Below, piece by piece: positions 48,264-59,252 of a stretch of 64,000 nucleotides of DNA (the first letter of the stretch is position 1; each line of letters begins with the position of its first letter). Made by a program: the position numbers and the translations under genes. The stretch covers positions 17,879 through 81,878 of the forward strand of contig CAWILC010000006.1 in assembly GCA_963836865.1 (NCBI GenBank), read 5' to 3'. Below the pieces are notes generated by a model. That model saw nothing but the letters and a program-made list of their open reading frames with translations, was not told the origin of the DNA and ran no database searches. Source of the stretch: Pirellulaceae bacterium (GTDB taxonomy: Bacteria; Planctomycetota; Planctomycetia; Pirellulales; Pirellulaceae).

Positions 48264-50078
48264 TTAGCTTCCGATGAACTTAAACGGGAACGCGATCGGG
48301 ATGATGATCATCGAGACGACGAACACGATGATGCTTAGCGGCAAGCCGAACTTGATGTAGTCGGTCACTCGGTAGCCGCCGACGCCGTAGACCATCATGT
48401 TGGTTTGATATCCGAACGGCGTCACAAAACTGGCCGACGCCGCGATCATCACCGCGATGATCAGGGGACTCGGATCAACGCCCAAGCCGGTTGCCGCTTG
48501 CATCGCGATCGGAAACATCAGCAGCGCCGCGGCGTTGTTGGTGATCAGTTCAGTACACAGCATCGTCGCCAAGTAGACCGCCGCCAGCGTCAACAGTTTG
48601 TTGCCGCCCGCCATGCCCAACAGCGTGCTTGCGATCGCCGCGGCGGCTCCGCTTTTGTCCATCGCCGCGCCGATGCCGATGGCCGCTCCGATCACGATCA
48701 GGATCGACCAATCGATGCTGCGGCGGGCTTCGCTGGTCGTGCAGCACCGCAGCCCAATCATCGCGATCGCCGCGACCAGCGAGGCCATCAAAATCTGTTG
48801 CGTCGCGGCCGCAAAGACGACCATCAACAGCACGACCGCGATCGCGTACCAGGCTTTTTCCGGACGACGAACGGCCGCACGATCGACCTTGCTGACCAAG
48901 AAGAAGTCACGTGACTCGCCGCGTCGATGCAGAAACGACGGCGACGCTTCCAATAGCAACACGTCGCCGACTTCCAACTTCACGTCACCCAGTTTTCCGG
49001 TCAGTCGTTTGTCACCGCGGGCGACCGCGACGACGGCGGCGTTGTAGTGGCTGCGGAATTTGCCTTGGCGAATGGTCTTGCCCAGCAGTCCGCACCGGGA
49101 ACTGACGACGGCTTCGACCAGCGTTCGCTGCCACGCCGGCACTTGCAGCTTTCGGGCTTGATCGTCGGGCGTCGCCAGCCCACGCATCTTTCGCAGATCG
49201 ACGACGCTGTCGAGCGCTCCGACCAGGATCAAGACATCGTTGTCACGAAGTTTTTCCTGAGGCTTGGCCGCCGCGATCGATCCGTCTTCTCGCTGGATCT
49301 CGGCGATGTAAAGTCCCGGCAAGTGACGCAGTCCCGCGTCCTCGATGGTGCGACCGGACATCGGCCCGCCCGCTTCGACTTGGACTTCGACGGTGTATTG
49401 CCGCGGGTCATCGCTGACGCTGATCGCGGCGCGACGGTCGCTCAACAACCACTTCGATCCAAAGATCATGTAGATGACGCCGATGATCGTTGCCGGGACG
49501 CCGACGGCGGCCGGGGCGAAAAAGCCTAGCGGCTGGGAGTTCGCGCCTGCCGCGATGGCTTTGGTGTTTAGGTCCGCGATCAACAGGTTCGTGCTGGTGC
49601 CCATCAGCGTACACATGCCGCCCAGGATCGCCGCGTACGACATCGGCAGCAGCATCCGCGAATTGCTGCACCCGACTCGCTTGGCCAAGTCGCCGACGAT
49701 CGGCATCAGCGCCACCACGACGGGTGTGTTGTTCAGAAATCCGCTCAGCGTTGCGACCGGGATCAGCAGCCTGGTTTGCGCACCGGTCAGTGTCTTGGCT
49801 CGATTGAGAAACCAACCGGTCGCCAGTTCCGTGCCTCCGGTAAATTCCAATCCCGCGACGACAGCGAACAGCAGCGCGATCGTGACCAAGCCTTGGTTAC
49901 CGAATCCCGCGACGGCTTCACTGGCCGTGGGCAGGTCCGTCGATCCGGAAATGCCCTGCGCGACGATCAACACCGCCAAGCAAGTGATCGCCAGCAGGTC
50001 CGTCGCGGCGACGCGAAGGGCCAGCGTGATCAGCAAGGTGCCGGCGACGCCAAGCGTTAACCAAGCTTCCCAAATCAT
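48264..50078 (-). CDS. SLC13 family permease with two TrkA-C domains
   Basis: SGFLNNTPVV, TLMGTSTN, TELITNNA and TPFGYQTN motifs. Confidence 0.92.
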   Translation of the reverse strand: MIWEAWLTLGVAGTLLITLALRVAATDLLAITCLAVLIVAQGISGSTDLPTASEAVAGFGNQGLVTIALLFAVVAGLEFTGGTELATGWFLNRAKTLTGAQTRLLIPVATLSGFLNNTPVVVALMPIVGDLAKRVGCSNSRMLLPMSYAAILGGMCTLMGTSTNLLIADLNTKAIAAGANSQPLGFFAPAAVGVPATIIGVIYMIFGSKWLLSDRRAAISVSDDPRQYTVEVQVEAGGPMSGRTIEDAGLRHLPGLYIAEIQREDGSIAAAKPQEKLRDNDVLILVGALDSVVDLRKMRGLATPDDQARKLQVPAWQRTLVEAVVSSRCGLLGKTIRQGKFRSHYNAAVVAVARGDKRLTGKLGDVKLEVGDVLLLEASPSFLHRRGESRDFFLVSKVDRAAVRRPEKAWYAIAVVLLMVVFAAATQQILMASLVAAIAMIGLRCCTTSEARRSIDWSILIVIGAAIGIGAAMDKSGAAAAIASTLLGMAGGNKLLTLAAVYLATMLCTELITNNAAALLMFPIAMQAATGLGVDPSPLIIAVMIAASASFVTPFGYQTNMMVYGVGGYRVTDYIKFGLPLSIIVFVVSMIIIPIAFPFKFIGS

Positions 50079-51763
50079 GGAGTCGCTTCGGGAAAGAATT
50101 TGGCCAGCGTTTCACGAGGCGGTTTCGGCGTGATCAGCGAAACCACGACCGTCACGATCAACGACGCGAGAAAGATCGTCGCGACCGGCATCGTATGAAT
50201 CGTCCGCTCGCCGATCGTAAAGTCGACCGACCAGTTTTCGATGTTGCCGAACTCCGATGCGCGGAACAAGGTGAACCAAACGACGGCCGCGGTGATGACG
50301 CCGGCGTAGGCGCCCCACTTCGACAGGCCTCGCCAGTAGACCGCCAACAACGCCAGCGGGAATAGGCTGCTGAACCCGCTGAAGCACCAGATGCCGAGTT
50401 GGAAAACTCGCGTCTGCGCGATCTCGGTCAGGCTTAATGCATATGTCACCGCAACGATTGCAATGATGAACAGACGCGAGATCGTGACGATTTGCTTGTC
50501 GCTAAATCGATCCTTGCCGCCGTAGTGAACGACGATGTCGGTCGTGAACATCGTTCCAATGCAAAGGAACTGGCTGTCCAAACTGGACATGATCGCGGCC
50601 AAAATCCCGGCCAGCAAAAAGCCGCCCAGCACGTCGCCCGAAAGCGACTTGACCATGAAGCCGAGCACTTTATTCGGGTCGCTTGCGATCGGCGGCGGAA
50701 TGTTGATCAGACCCGTCGTCGCCCACACGCCGATCAGCACGCAGGGAATCCAAACGATCAAGATGAAGACCGGGTGCGCGACCACGGGCAACTTAAATGC
50801 GTTGCCGTTCTTGGCCGTCAACCAGTGCTGGAACAGGTGCGGAAACATGCCGACCGAAAACGGGATCAACATGTAAGTGAAGAACATCCACGGGTCCATG
50901 CCCTCGCGGGTGCGGAATTGCGGCGGGGCTTCGACCGATTCGATTTGGTCGTCCAGGCTGACTTCCGCGCGGACACGCCGTGCCTTTGGAATTTCTTGTG
51001 AAACGATGTGCAGCGAATCCCATAACCCCGTCGGCGGTTCGACCCGAACGATCCGTTCTCCGTCGACGACCGCGTGCGCGCGACCTTCGGCGACCGAACG
51101 CTCGGCAAGTCCCGTCGCGATCAGATAGAACGCGACGACGCCCAAGATCATGAACACGATCGTCTGGAACGTGTTTGCCCAAGCGGTGCCTCGCATGCCG
51201 CCAAAGAAGACGTACACCAGCACGACGACGCAGATGACAAGCTCGGTCAGCCAAGGCGGGATCGCGCCCGATTCGGTCAGCGCCGGAAAGTCGCCCCGCG
51301 TGGCACCTTCGATCGCTTTGCCCGCCGAGATCACGCCGACCAACAGGTACGGCACGACCAATCCGACAAGGATCGGAAACAGCACCAAGCCGATCTTGTC
51401 GCTGTCCAGGCGATCGCGAAAGAAACCGGCCTGAGTCGTATAACCGTAACGCTTGCCCCATGACCAAAGCTTGACGCCCAGGACAAAGAAGCACAGCGAG
51501 TGAATGATGCCCGACGAAGACGCCAGCAATCCGTAAACGCCCACGCCTTCGGCAAATGCTTCACCCGTCGACCCGACCAGAGCGAAGCCGGTCATGGTCG
51601 TTCCGAACAGCGACATCAAAAGCAAGAACGGGCCGATCGAATGACTGGCCACCATGTAGTCTTTGGACGTTCCCTTGAACAAACGCGACGAAAATAGGCC
51701 TAGGCAAAGCAGCAGGCCCAGGTAAACGCCGATGATGAGAACCTTGATCATGCCGGGAGTCAT
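50075..51763 (-). CDS. Sodium:solute symporter family protein
   Basis: YVFFGGMRGTAWAN..Q and AAIMSSLDSQ motifs, with many TM helices. Confidence 0.92.
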   Translation of the reverse strand: MTPGMIKVLIIGVYLGLLLCLGLFSSRLFKGTSKDYMVASHSIGPFLLLMSLFGTTMTGFALVGSTGEAFAEGVGVYGLLASSSGIIHSLCFFVLGVKLWSWGKRYGYTTQAGFFRDRLDSDKIGLVLFPILVGLVVPYLLVGVISAGKAIEGATRGDFPALTESGAIPPWLTELVICVVVLVYVFFGGMRGTAWANTFQTIVFMILGVVAFYLIATGLAERSVAEGRAHAVVDGERIVRVEPPTGLWDSLHIVSQEIPKARRVRAEVSLDDQIESVEAPPQFRTREGMDPWMFFTYMLIPFSVGMFPHLFQHWLTAKNGNAFKLPVVAHPVFILIVWIPCVLIGVWATTGLINIPPPIASDPNKVLGFMVKSLSGDVLGGFLLAGILAAIMSSLDSQFLCIGTMFTTDIVVHYGGKDRFSDKQIVTISRLFIIAIVAVTYALSLTEIAQTRVFQLGIWCFSGFSSLFPLALLAVYWRGLSKWGAYAGVITAAVVWFTLFRASEFGNIENWSVDFTIGERTIHTMPVATIFLASLIVTVVVSLITPKPPRETLAKFFPEATP

Positions 51764-52014
51764 GAGCGAGCCTCCCGTTGCTGACGCGTCTTGATTGCTT
51801 CGCCGACGGCCAAGTTTGCTTCGTCTTCCAAATAGCTCGGCCAAGCGACGATCGTGGCGATCAACCACACGATACTGGCCGCGATCGAGATGCAGGCGTG
51901 ATAGGCCAGCGTCATCGGGATGAACCCAAAGACCAGCTTGTCGTTGTCCCAATTCCAGACGTCTTGGTGCAGAACGACCAACAGGAGCACGAGGCCCCAA
52001 ACCACAAACTTCAT
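51760..52014 (-). CDS. Small membrane partner of the SSS transporter (DUF3311-like)
   Basis: LHQDVWNW...VFGFIP motif; two TM helices; ATGA overlap with the symporter. Confidence 0.85.
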   Translation of the reverse strand: MKFVVWGLVLLLVVLHQDVWNWDNDKLVFGFIPMTLAYHACISIAASIVWLIATIVAWPSYLEDEANLAVGEAIKTRQQREARS

Positions 52015-52170
52015 CGAAACACTTTGGGTGGGAAGACGGGGAAGGATCCCGCAAGCCGCATCGCGGGGCCGGTCAGTGTAGTCTGCCGGCCTGTTTGTGT
52101 TTAGATCGGTCGATGGAGGAACAATCGAGACAATTGTCCTGCTCTGACTCTGGCGAAGATGTGCAAACAG

Positions 52171-52208
52171 AAAAGCGGCCGAAGTTTCCTTCGGCCGCTT
52201 CGTTTTTT
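52171..52208 (-). terminator. Rho-independent terminator (possibly bidirectional)
   Basis: 12-bp stem AAGCGGCCGAAG/CTTCGGCCGCTT with a 4-nt loop and T-tracts on both strands, just downstream of the 52230 gene. Confidence 0.8.
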
Positions 52209-52229
52209 ATGGAGGTTGATCGCGTCGGG

Positions 52230-53021
52230 CTAGTTGCCGAATGGGTCGCCGCCGAAGGGATCATCCATCGCACCGCTATCCGCGCCGAACGGGTCGGATG
52301 CCGCGCCGCCGTCACCACTGAACGGGTCGGACGCGGGAGCATCGGAACCGGCATCGGCCGCTGCGGGCGCGTCGTCGGCGAATGGATCGTTCATCGCATC
52401 AGCCAACGCGTCGTCTGATTCCAGTGCCGGATCGCCCAAGTTGTCATCGCCAAACGGGTTGCCGCTGGCGGCCGGTGGAGCCGGCGGTGGGGCCGGACGG
52501 GACGCAGCGGGCGGTGCGATCGCGCCCGGCGTGATCGTCCGTGGTTGGGGCGTCGTTCGTAGCACGTTCGGTTCGGCCGCTTCGATTTCGCCGTAACGCG
52601 CCTTCGATCGAGCGGCGGCTTCGGCCAGGTATTGCAAGCGAGCTTTCTGGCGAATTTGTTCCAACTTCAATCGGCCGGTTCCCTGAAAGCGATGCAGCGC
52701 CTCACCGACCGATCCGCTGCCTTTCCCACTTGCCTCCAGCTTTGCGCCCCGTTCCCAGTCCGCCTCGGCCTCGAGTTCGCGACCGGAATTGAACAGCGAA
52801 ATGCCGCGAAAATAATACGCTCGCGGGTCTTCCAGCCCGTTGTCGATCGCCATCGAAAACAGTTCGTAGGCTTCGGCCGAGTAGCCGGCGTAATGAGCAT
52901 GAACGCCGCGGCCATAGACTTCGGCCAGGACCGACGACTGGGCGTTTGCGGTCGCGCCTGCAAACGTGCTGGCGATCAAGGTGGTGGCGCAAACGCCGAG
53001 TAAATACTTTTTCATAGACAT
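52230..53021 (-). CDS. Exported TPR-like protein with a DPF-repeat acidic tail
   Basis: Signal peptide, DPRAYYFRG, Pro-rich linker and repeated (N/D)PF motifs. Confidence 0.8.
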   Translation of the reverse strand: MSMKKYLLGVCATTLIASTFAGATANAQSSVLAEVYGRGVHAHYAGYSAEAYELFSMAIDNGLEDPRAYYFRGISLFNSGRELEAEADWERGAKLEASGKGSGSVGEALHRFQGTGRLKLEQIRQKARLQYLAEAAARSKARYGEIEAAEPNVLRTTPQPRTITPGAIAPPAASRPAPPPAPPAASGNPFGDDNLGDPALESDDALADAMNDPFADDAPAAADAGSDAPASDPFSGDGGAASDPFGADSGAMDDPFGGDPFGN

Positions 53022-53203
53022 CTGACCCTATCGGGTTGTGCGAGGAACCGTCCGTCAAACTGTAATCGTGGCTCGGACCCGCGGCAAACTTTTTTCCTCA
53101 TTCGGGCTAAGAAGCGGGGACGGTGCCGCTTGGTCGATCGGTCTCGGCAAATCGGGCGGGGGAAGTGAGAATTGCTCAAGTTGGGATCGCGGGCGTCGGC
53201 GAC

Positions 53204-53293
53204 GTAGGTTCGCCACGCCGTGGCGGAGCATTGCACTGCACTGTCGCCGAACAGCGTTGCTGTTCGGCCCTGCCACGGCGTGTCAGGGCTACG
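53204..53293. repeat. Family A REP-like element
   Basis: GTAGGTTCGCCACGCCGTGGCGGAGC...GCCCTGCCACGGCGTGTCAGGGCTACG matches 4339-4431. Confidence 0.8.
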
Positions 53294-53329
53294 AGTGGGC
53301 CGGGCGTCCGTGCAGATCTCGATCCCTCG

Positions 53330-54499
53330 CTACAAAATCCAGCCGCCGCCCAGCACGCGATCGCCGTCGTACACCACGGCGGCTTGGCCCGGGGCGACCG
53401 CCAATTCGGGTTCATCGAACACGATCCCGAACCGCTGGGGATCGCCCGCGTCCAGACGGATCGTGCCCGGACGGGGCGATCCGTTGTAGCGAATCTGCAC
53501 CGAAACGTGATCCGGCACGTCCGCCGGATCGACCAACCAGTTCGCCTCGCCCGCGATCAATTGATCTTGTGCCAGCGCTTCCTTGGTTCCGATCACGACC
53601 TGGCACGTTTCCGGATCGATGCGAACGACGAAATACGGTTCGCCCATCGCCACGCCCAGCTTCTTTCGCTGGCCGATCGTGAACGCTTCGTAGCCAGAAT
53701 GCGTGCCGACGACTTTGCCCTCGATCGTGACGATCTCGCCATCGGTGGAGGCCGAACGCAGCGGATCTCTCGCGCGGACGAAATCGCTGTGGTGGCCCTG
53801 CGTGACGAAGCAAATTTCTTGGCTGTCCTTTTTCTGAGCCACGCCCAAACCGAGGCCTTCGGCGATCTCGCGGATCCGCGTCTTGGTGAACCCGCCGACC
53901 GGCAACAGCATCCGGTCCAGCCGATCGGGCCGAATCCCGAACAGCGCGTAAGACTGATCCTTGCTGGAATCCAAGCCACGGCACAGCGACGCTTGACCAT
54001 CGATGACCTGCATCCGGGCGTAGTGCCCCGTCGCGACGAATTCGGCATCGACGCCGTCGGCATAATCGAACAGTCGCCCGAACTTGATCCACTGGTTGCA
54101 CCGCACGCACGGGTTGGGCGTCCGACCGGACAAGTAATCGTCGACGAAGTAATCGACGATCCGGCGAAAATCTTCCTGCAAGTCCAGGGCGTAAAACGGA
54201 ATGCCCATCTTCGAGGCAACCCGCCGGGCGTCGGCGGCGTCCGACGCGGTGCAGCACCCCTGTTTGTGATCGGCGCGGCCCTGGGCCATCCCGGTCAGCA
54301 CGGGCAACGATGAACCCGTTGACGATGAAGCGGCCGACGAAGTAGCAACCGCGACGGTTTCGTCGACTTTGCAAACGGCGCTGGATTCTTCGCCGTGACG
54401 CATGAAAACGCCGACCACGTCGTGCCCGGCATCCAGCAGCAAGTGCGCCGCGACGCTGGAATCAACGCCGCCACTCATCGCGAGAACGATTCGAGCCAT
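53330..54499 (-). CDS. mnmA: tRNA 2-thiouridine(34) synthase
   Basis: AMSGGVDSS, TPNPCVRCN, ATGHYAR, KDQSY, DSQEICF and PGQAAV motifs. Confidence 0.97.
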   Translation of the reverse strand: MARIVLAMSGGVDSSVAAHLLLDAGHDVVGVFMRHGEESSAVCKVDETVAVATSSAASSSTGSSLPVLTGMAQGRADHKQGCCTASDAADARRVASKMGIPFYALDLQEDFRRIVDYFVDDYLSGRTPNPCVRCNQWIKFGRLFDYADGVDAEFVATGHYARMQVIDGQASLCRGLDSSKDQSYALFGIRPDRLDRMLLPVGGFTKTRIREIAEGLGLGVAQKKDSQEICFVTQGHHSDFVRARDPLRSASTDGEIVTIEGKVVGTHSGYEAFTIGQRKKLGVAMGEPYFVVRIDPETCQVVIGTKEALAQDQLIAGEANWLVDPADVPDHVSVQIRYNGSPRPGTIRLDAGDPQRFGIVFDEPELAVAPGQAAVVYDGDRVLGGGWIL

Positions 54500-54534
54500 G
54501 TATATTTCCTGAGTCGCGTATAACCTATTTAAGA

Positions 54535-54646
54535 CATCACCCTCTCGCTTGCGGGAGGGTCGGACGCGGGAGCGGCCGGGGAGGGCCTGACACATGAACC
54601 CTCTCCGGCCGCTCCCGCGTCCGACTCTCCGAAAAGGAGAGTGATG
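54535..54646. repeat. Long intergenic inverted repeat (family C)
   Basis: Related to 10065-10175. Confidence 0.75.
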
Positions 54647-54692
54647 CCGCCAATGTCGCCCCGCACTATAACCTTACGAGTTCAATACCCGA

Positions 54693-55806
54693 ATGGATGC
54701 CGAACTGGTTCACCGCAGCAAAGAGATCCGCCAGCGAGTCAAACAACTCGGAGACTCTCTTTGACTACTCTGCCAAATTGCAGGAAGTCAAAACGATCGA
54801 ACTGAAAATGGGCGAGCCGGATTTCTGGAACGATAACGAATCGGCCCAGAAGACCGTCATGCAGCTGAAGGCTCTCAAAGCCATCGTCGGCCCGATGACC
54901 GAATTGACCTCCGCGGTCGAGGACATGGACGCGCTGTTCCAGATGGCGGACGAGGACGAATCGATTGCGGCCGAAGTGACCGGCGAAATCGAGCGGCTGG
55001 AAGTCATCCTGGACGATCTAGAAACCAAGGCGCTGCTGAGCGGCCCGAACGATTCGGCCGGCGCGATCGTGTCGATCAACGCACGCGACGGCGGCACCGA
55101 CGCGAACGACTGGGCCGACATGCTGCTGCGGATGTATTCGGCTTGGGCGGTCGCGCACGAGTTCAAAATTGAACTTTTGGACCGCCAAGAAAACGACGAG
55201 GCCGGCATCAAGAACGCCACCGTCGCGATCCGCGGCCCGATGGCGTACGGATTTTTGAAAGGCGAAGAAGGCGACCACCGGCTCGTTCGGATCAGTCCGT
55301 TCAACAGCGAAGGCAAGCGACAAACCAGTTTTGCCGCGGTCAGCGTTTCGCCCGAGGTCGACGATTCGATCGAGATTCATATCGAAGAAAAAGACGTCCG
55401 TATTGACACCTATCGCGCCGGCGGCGCGGGCGGACAACACGTCAACAAGACCGACAGCGCGGTCCGGTTGACGCACGTTCCGACCAACACCGTCGTGCAG
55501 TGCCAGAACGAACGCAGCCAGCACCAGAACAAGGAAACGGCCTGGAAGATGCTGCGAGCGAAGATGGCGCGGATCGAGGAAGAACGCCGCGAAGCCGAAG
55601 AAGCTCGCAAGTACAACACGCAGGCGCGGACCGGCTTCGGAAGCCAAATCCGCAACTACTTTTTGCATCCCGATCAACGGGTCAAGGACGCAAGAACCGG
55701 TCACTACGTCGGCAGCTTCAACAGCGTCATGGACGGCAGCGAACTGCAAGGCTTCTTGGATTCGTTCCTGCGTCTGAAAGCCGGAAAGATCGAAGCGGTG
55801 GACTAA
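54693..55806 (+). CDS. prfB: Peptide chain release factor 2 with programmed +1 frameshift at CTT TGA C (54759-54765)
   Basis: MDAELV...LGDSL* followed by DYSAK in the +1 frame; SPF and GGQ motifs; GGAG just upstream of the shift site. Confidence 0.97.
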
Positions 55807-55884
55807 AACGAAGTCGTCAGGAGCCAAGACGTTGCCGCTAACTGGCTAATGACCGTCGTCGCTTCGTGGCTATGATGGATCGCT

Positions 55885-58800
55885 ATGGACATCGAACGGC
55901 AACGGGTACAAGACGACTTACGTGGCATCGTGCGAGGCGACGTGTACTGCGACGCTTTGATGAGCCAGCTGTATGCGTCCGACGCCAGCATCTATCAAGT
56001 CAGACCGCTCGGCGTCGTCCGGCCTCGCACCGCCGCCGACGTCATCGCGACGGCTCAGTACGCGGCCGAGCATGACATTTCGCTGCACCCTCGCGGCTCC
56101 GGCAGCGGCGTTGCCGGCGAATCGCTCGGCAGCGGGCTGGTATTGGATTTTTCTCGTTACATGCGGCGGATCAATCTGTCCGCCGATGCCACCCGTGTCA
56201 CCGTCCAGTCCGGTGCGGTGCTGGCCGAGGTCAATCGGTCGCTGCGTCCGTACGGCCGTTGGTATGGCCCCGACCCGGTCACTCGCAGCGTCACAACGAT
56301 GGGCAGCGTCGTCGCCACCAATGCCTCGGGCAGCCACTACCTTCGCAGCGGTTCGGCACGCGATACGATCGAATCGATGCGAGTCGTCACGGTCGAAGGT
56401 GAGCTGTTGGACTTGTCCGTTCATTCGATCGACGAGGAAGGCACCGTGGGACGTTTGACCCGCGGCATCGCCGAAATCAAAAACCAGTTTCAATCCAAGC
56501 TGGACGCGCAAGGTCCCGCACCGAAGTCCCGCGGCGGCTACCGATTGGACGACATCGTTGACGCAACCGGACGTGTCGACTTGGCCAAGTTCATGGTCGG
56601 CACGCAAGGCACGCTTGGCATCGTCGTCGATGCGACGCTTCGCACGGAACAAATTGCCACGCACCGCGGCGTCGTGTTGTGTTTCTATCATCGGTTGGAC
56701 ATGGCGGCGCGGTCGGCCGTGTCGGCGCTGCGTCACGGGTTGGTCGCGTGCGACTTGATGGACCGGCGGTTGTTGCAAATTGCAAGAGAAACCGACCCGC
56801 GGTTTGGCAGGCTGCTGCCTCGCGAAGCCGAAGCGATGGTGCTGGTCGAAATTCAAGGCGAATCGCTCGGCGACCTTTACGACCGGCTGGCCATCATCCG
56901 CGAAAGTCTGTCCAGCGGTCACGACGCCGCATTTGCCAGTCTGGACACGACCCAGCAAAGCGAACGCGATTTGTACTGGGCGCTTTCGCGTCGCGTCATC
57001 CCGCGGTTGTATCGCTTCAAAGGGTCGCAGTCACCGGTTCCCTTCATCGAAGACGTGTCGGTGCCGTGCGAAAATTTGCCGGACGTGCTGACCGCGATCC
57101 AAGACGTGTTGAAACAAAACAAAGCCACCGCCAGCCTGTTCGCGCACGTTGGTCACGGACAGTTGCACCTGAGACCGTTCCTGGACTTGTCTCTGGCCGA
57201 AGATCGCAAGCGTTTGCACTCGATCTCCACGCAGGTCGCCGACGTCGTTTGGAAACACGGCGGACAGGTCAGCGTCGAACACGCGGCGGGACTCAGCCGA
57301 TCGTATTTGTTGCCGAAGCAGTTCGGCGAATTGTGGCAAGCGATGGGCCAAGTCAAACGGCTGTTCGATCCGCAACATCGACTGAACCCCGGCAAGCTGT
57401 TCGGCGCCATTTTGCAAAAGCCGAACGAGAACTTGCGACCGATCGATCAAACGATCGAGATCGCCGCCGATGCTCGCGTGATCGTCGAAGCCGACCAGCC
57501 GATCGTGACGGCGGCCGCCGACCAGGGCATCTCGGTGCCTCAACTGCAAGTCCTTCAGAACTGGCCCGGTGGCGCGATGATCACCAGCGTCGCGCGAGGA
57601 TGTAACGGATGCGGTCGGTGCCGAACGACGTCGCCGGCCGAACGCCAATGCCCGGTCTACCGCGCGACCGCGCGGGAGGAAGCGTCGCCTCGTGCGAAGG
57701 CGAACCTGATGCGAGGTGTGTTGAGTGGAAACCTTTCGGTCGACGACTTGACCGGCGACGGAGCCAAAGAGATCGCGGACCTTTGCTTCAATTGTCACCA
57801 GTGTCGTTTGGAATGCCCCGCCTCGATCGACATCCCCAAAATCGTTGGCGAACTGAAGGCTCAATACGTCGCCACCAACGGATTGCCGGTGTCCGATTTG
57901 CTGATGGGGCGCATCGACACGGTGGCCGCGATCGCATCTCGCATGCCGTGGCTATCGAACCTATTGATCCGCGGCCGGTTTCCTCGCTGGATCGCCGAGC
58001 GATTGTTCGGTTTATCGGCCGCCCGCGAACTGCCCGGCGTCGTTCGCGAAACGTTCTTGCGACACGCGGCCAACCGGCGCTGGACCAAGCCGCTGCCGCA
58101 CGGCGGATTGAAAGTCGTCTACTTCGTTGACCAATACGCCAACTACCACGACCCCGATATCGGTCGCGCCCTCGGCGAAATCCTCCAGCAAAATGGCATC
58201 GGCATCTACGTGCCTGCCTCACAGGGCAACAGCGGCATGGCCAGGATCTCGTCGGGCGATTTGAAGGGAGCCCGAAAGATCGCGCGTCGAAACGTTCGGT
58301 TGCTGGCCGACGCCGTCCGCCAGGGCTATACGATCGTCGCGACCGAGCCGGCCGCGGTGCTGTGCCTGAAGCACGAGTACCCGAACTTACTGGACGACGA
58401 AGACGCTCATTTGGTCGCCGAACATTCGCGTGAAGCGTGTCATTACCTTTGGGAATTGCACCAGGGCAAACGATTGTCGTTGCAGTTTCAACCCATTCCG
58501 GTGTCGATCGCGTACCACCAACCGTGTCACTTGCGAGTCCTAGACCCCGATCAGGTTTGTCCGCAACTGTTGGATCTGATCCCCGAATTGCACATCGAAA
58601 AGATCGAAGCGGGCTGCACCGGCATGGCCGGCACGTGGGGACTGCAACGAAAAAATTATCGCAACAGCTTGCGGATCGGTTGGCCGATGATCTCGGCGAT
58701 GCGGTCGGCCAAAGTGTCGATGGCGACATCCGAATGCAGTGCGTGCCGAATGCAAATCGAACACGGCAGCGGCCAAGCCACCCTGCATCCGCTGAAGCTG

Positions 58801-58890
58801 CTCGCGTACGCTTACGGACGAATGCCAAAAGTCGAAAAGGAACTTCGCAACTCCACTCAAAATGCCGGGCCTGTCGGTGACAAAAATTAA
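55885..58890 (+). CDS. FAD-binding and (Fe-S)-binding oxidoreductase (GlcD/GlpC-type fusion)
   Basis: YASDAS, PRGSGS, GTQGTLG, CNGCGRC, CFNCHQCRLECP, YHQPCH and CSACRMQ motifs. Confidence 0.92.
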   Translation: MDIERQRVQDDLRGIVRGDVYCDALMSQLYASDASIYQVRPLGVVRPRTAADVIATAQYAAEHDISLHPRGSGSGVAGESLGSGLVLDFSRYMRRINLSADATRVTVQSGAVLAEVNRSLRPYGRWYGPDPVTRSVTTMGSVVATNASGSHYLRSGSARDTIESMRVVTVEGELLDLSVHSIDEEGTVGRLTRGIAEIKNQFQSKLDAQGPAPKSRGGYRLDDIVDATGRVDLAKFMVGTQGTLGIVVDATLRTEQIATHRGVVLCFYHRLDMAARSAVSALRHGLVACDLMDRRLLQIARETDPRFGRLLPREAEAMVLVEIQGESLGDLYDRLAIIRESLSSGHDAAFASLDTTQQSERDLYWALSRRVIPRLYRFKGSQSPVPFIEDVSVPCENLPDVLTAIQDVLKQNKATASLFAHVGHGQLHLRPFLDLSLAEDRKRLHSISTQVADVVWKHGGQVSVEHAAGLSRSYLLPKQFGELWQAMGQVKRLFDPQHRLNPGKLFGAILQKPNENLRPIDQTIEIAADARVIVEADQPIVTAAADQGISVPQLQVLQNWPGGAMITSVARGCNGCGRCRTTSPAERQCPVYRATAREEASPRAKANLMRGVLSGNLSVDDLTGDGAKEIADLCFNCHQCRLECPASIDIPKIVGELKAQYVATNGLPVSDLLMGRIDTVAAIASRMPWLSNLLIRGRFPRWIAERLFGLSAARELPGVVRETFLRHAANRRWTKPLPHGGLKVVYFVDQYANYHDPDIGRALGEILQQNGIGIYVPASQGNSGMARISSGDLKGARKIARRNVRLLADAVRQGYTIVATEPAAVLCLKHEYPNLLDDEDAHLVAEHSREACHYLWELHQGKRLSLQFQPIPVSIAYHQPCHLRVLDPDQVCPQLLDLIPELHIEKIEAGCTGMAGTWGLQRKNYRNSLRIGWPMISAMRSAKVSMATSECSACRMQIEHGSGQATLHPLKLLAYAYGRMPKVEKELRNSTQNAGPVGDKN

Positions 58891-59126
58891 AGTCCAAATG
58901 TTCGCTCGCGCGTAAAGACATCGCCGGCGCGGACCATGTCGAAATCAACGTCGGTGATCCGATCCAAGCCCACGCCGTGTTCGCGGAATTGTCGAAGGCC
59001 GTCCCCGGCCTGGCACCGTTGATGCCGTCGTGCCGACTGGCCGTCGACAACCGCTATGTGACCGACCAATCGATCATCGACAACGATGCGGTCATCGCGT
59101 TGATCCCACCAGTCAGCGGTGGTTGA
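58877..59126 (+). CDS. moaD: MoaD/ThiS sulfur carrier, apparent +1 frameshift near 58913
   Basis: GTG start KIKVQMFARA; removing one base gives KDIAG...RLAVD...ALIPPVSGG*. Not in the ORF track; directly upstream of moaE. Confidence 0.85.
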
Positions 59127-59252
59127 TAAAACGTGGGATAGGCTTCCAGCCGGTCGTCGCGGATTTGACAGTCGTAGGGTGGGTCGAGTGTGCCGGTAGG
59201 CCACGATGACCCACCCTAAAAAAACCAGAAACTTCCGTTCACACGCGAGACA

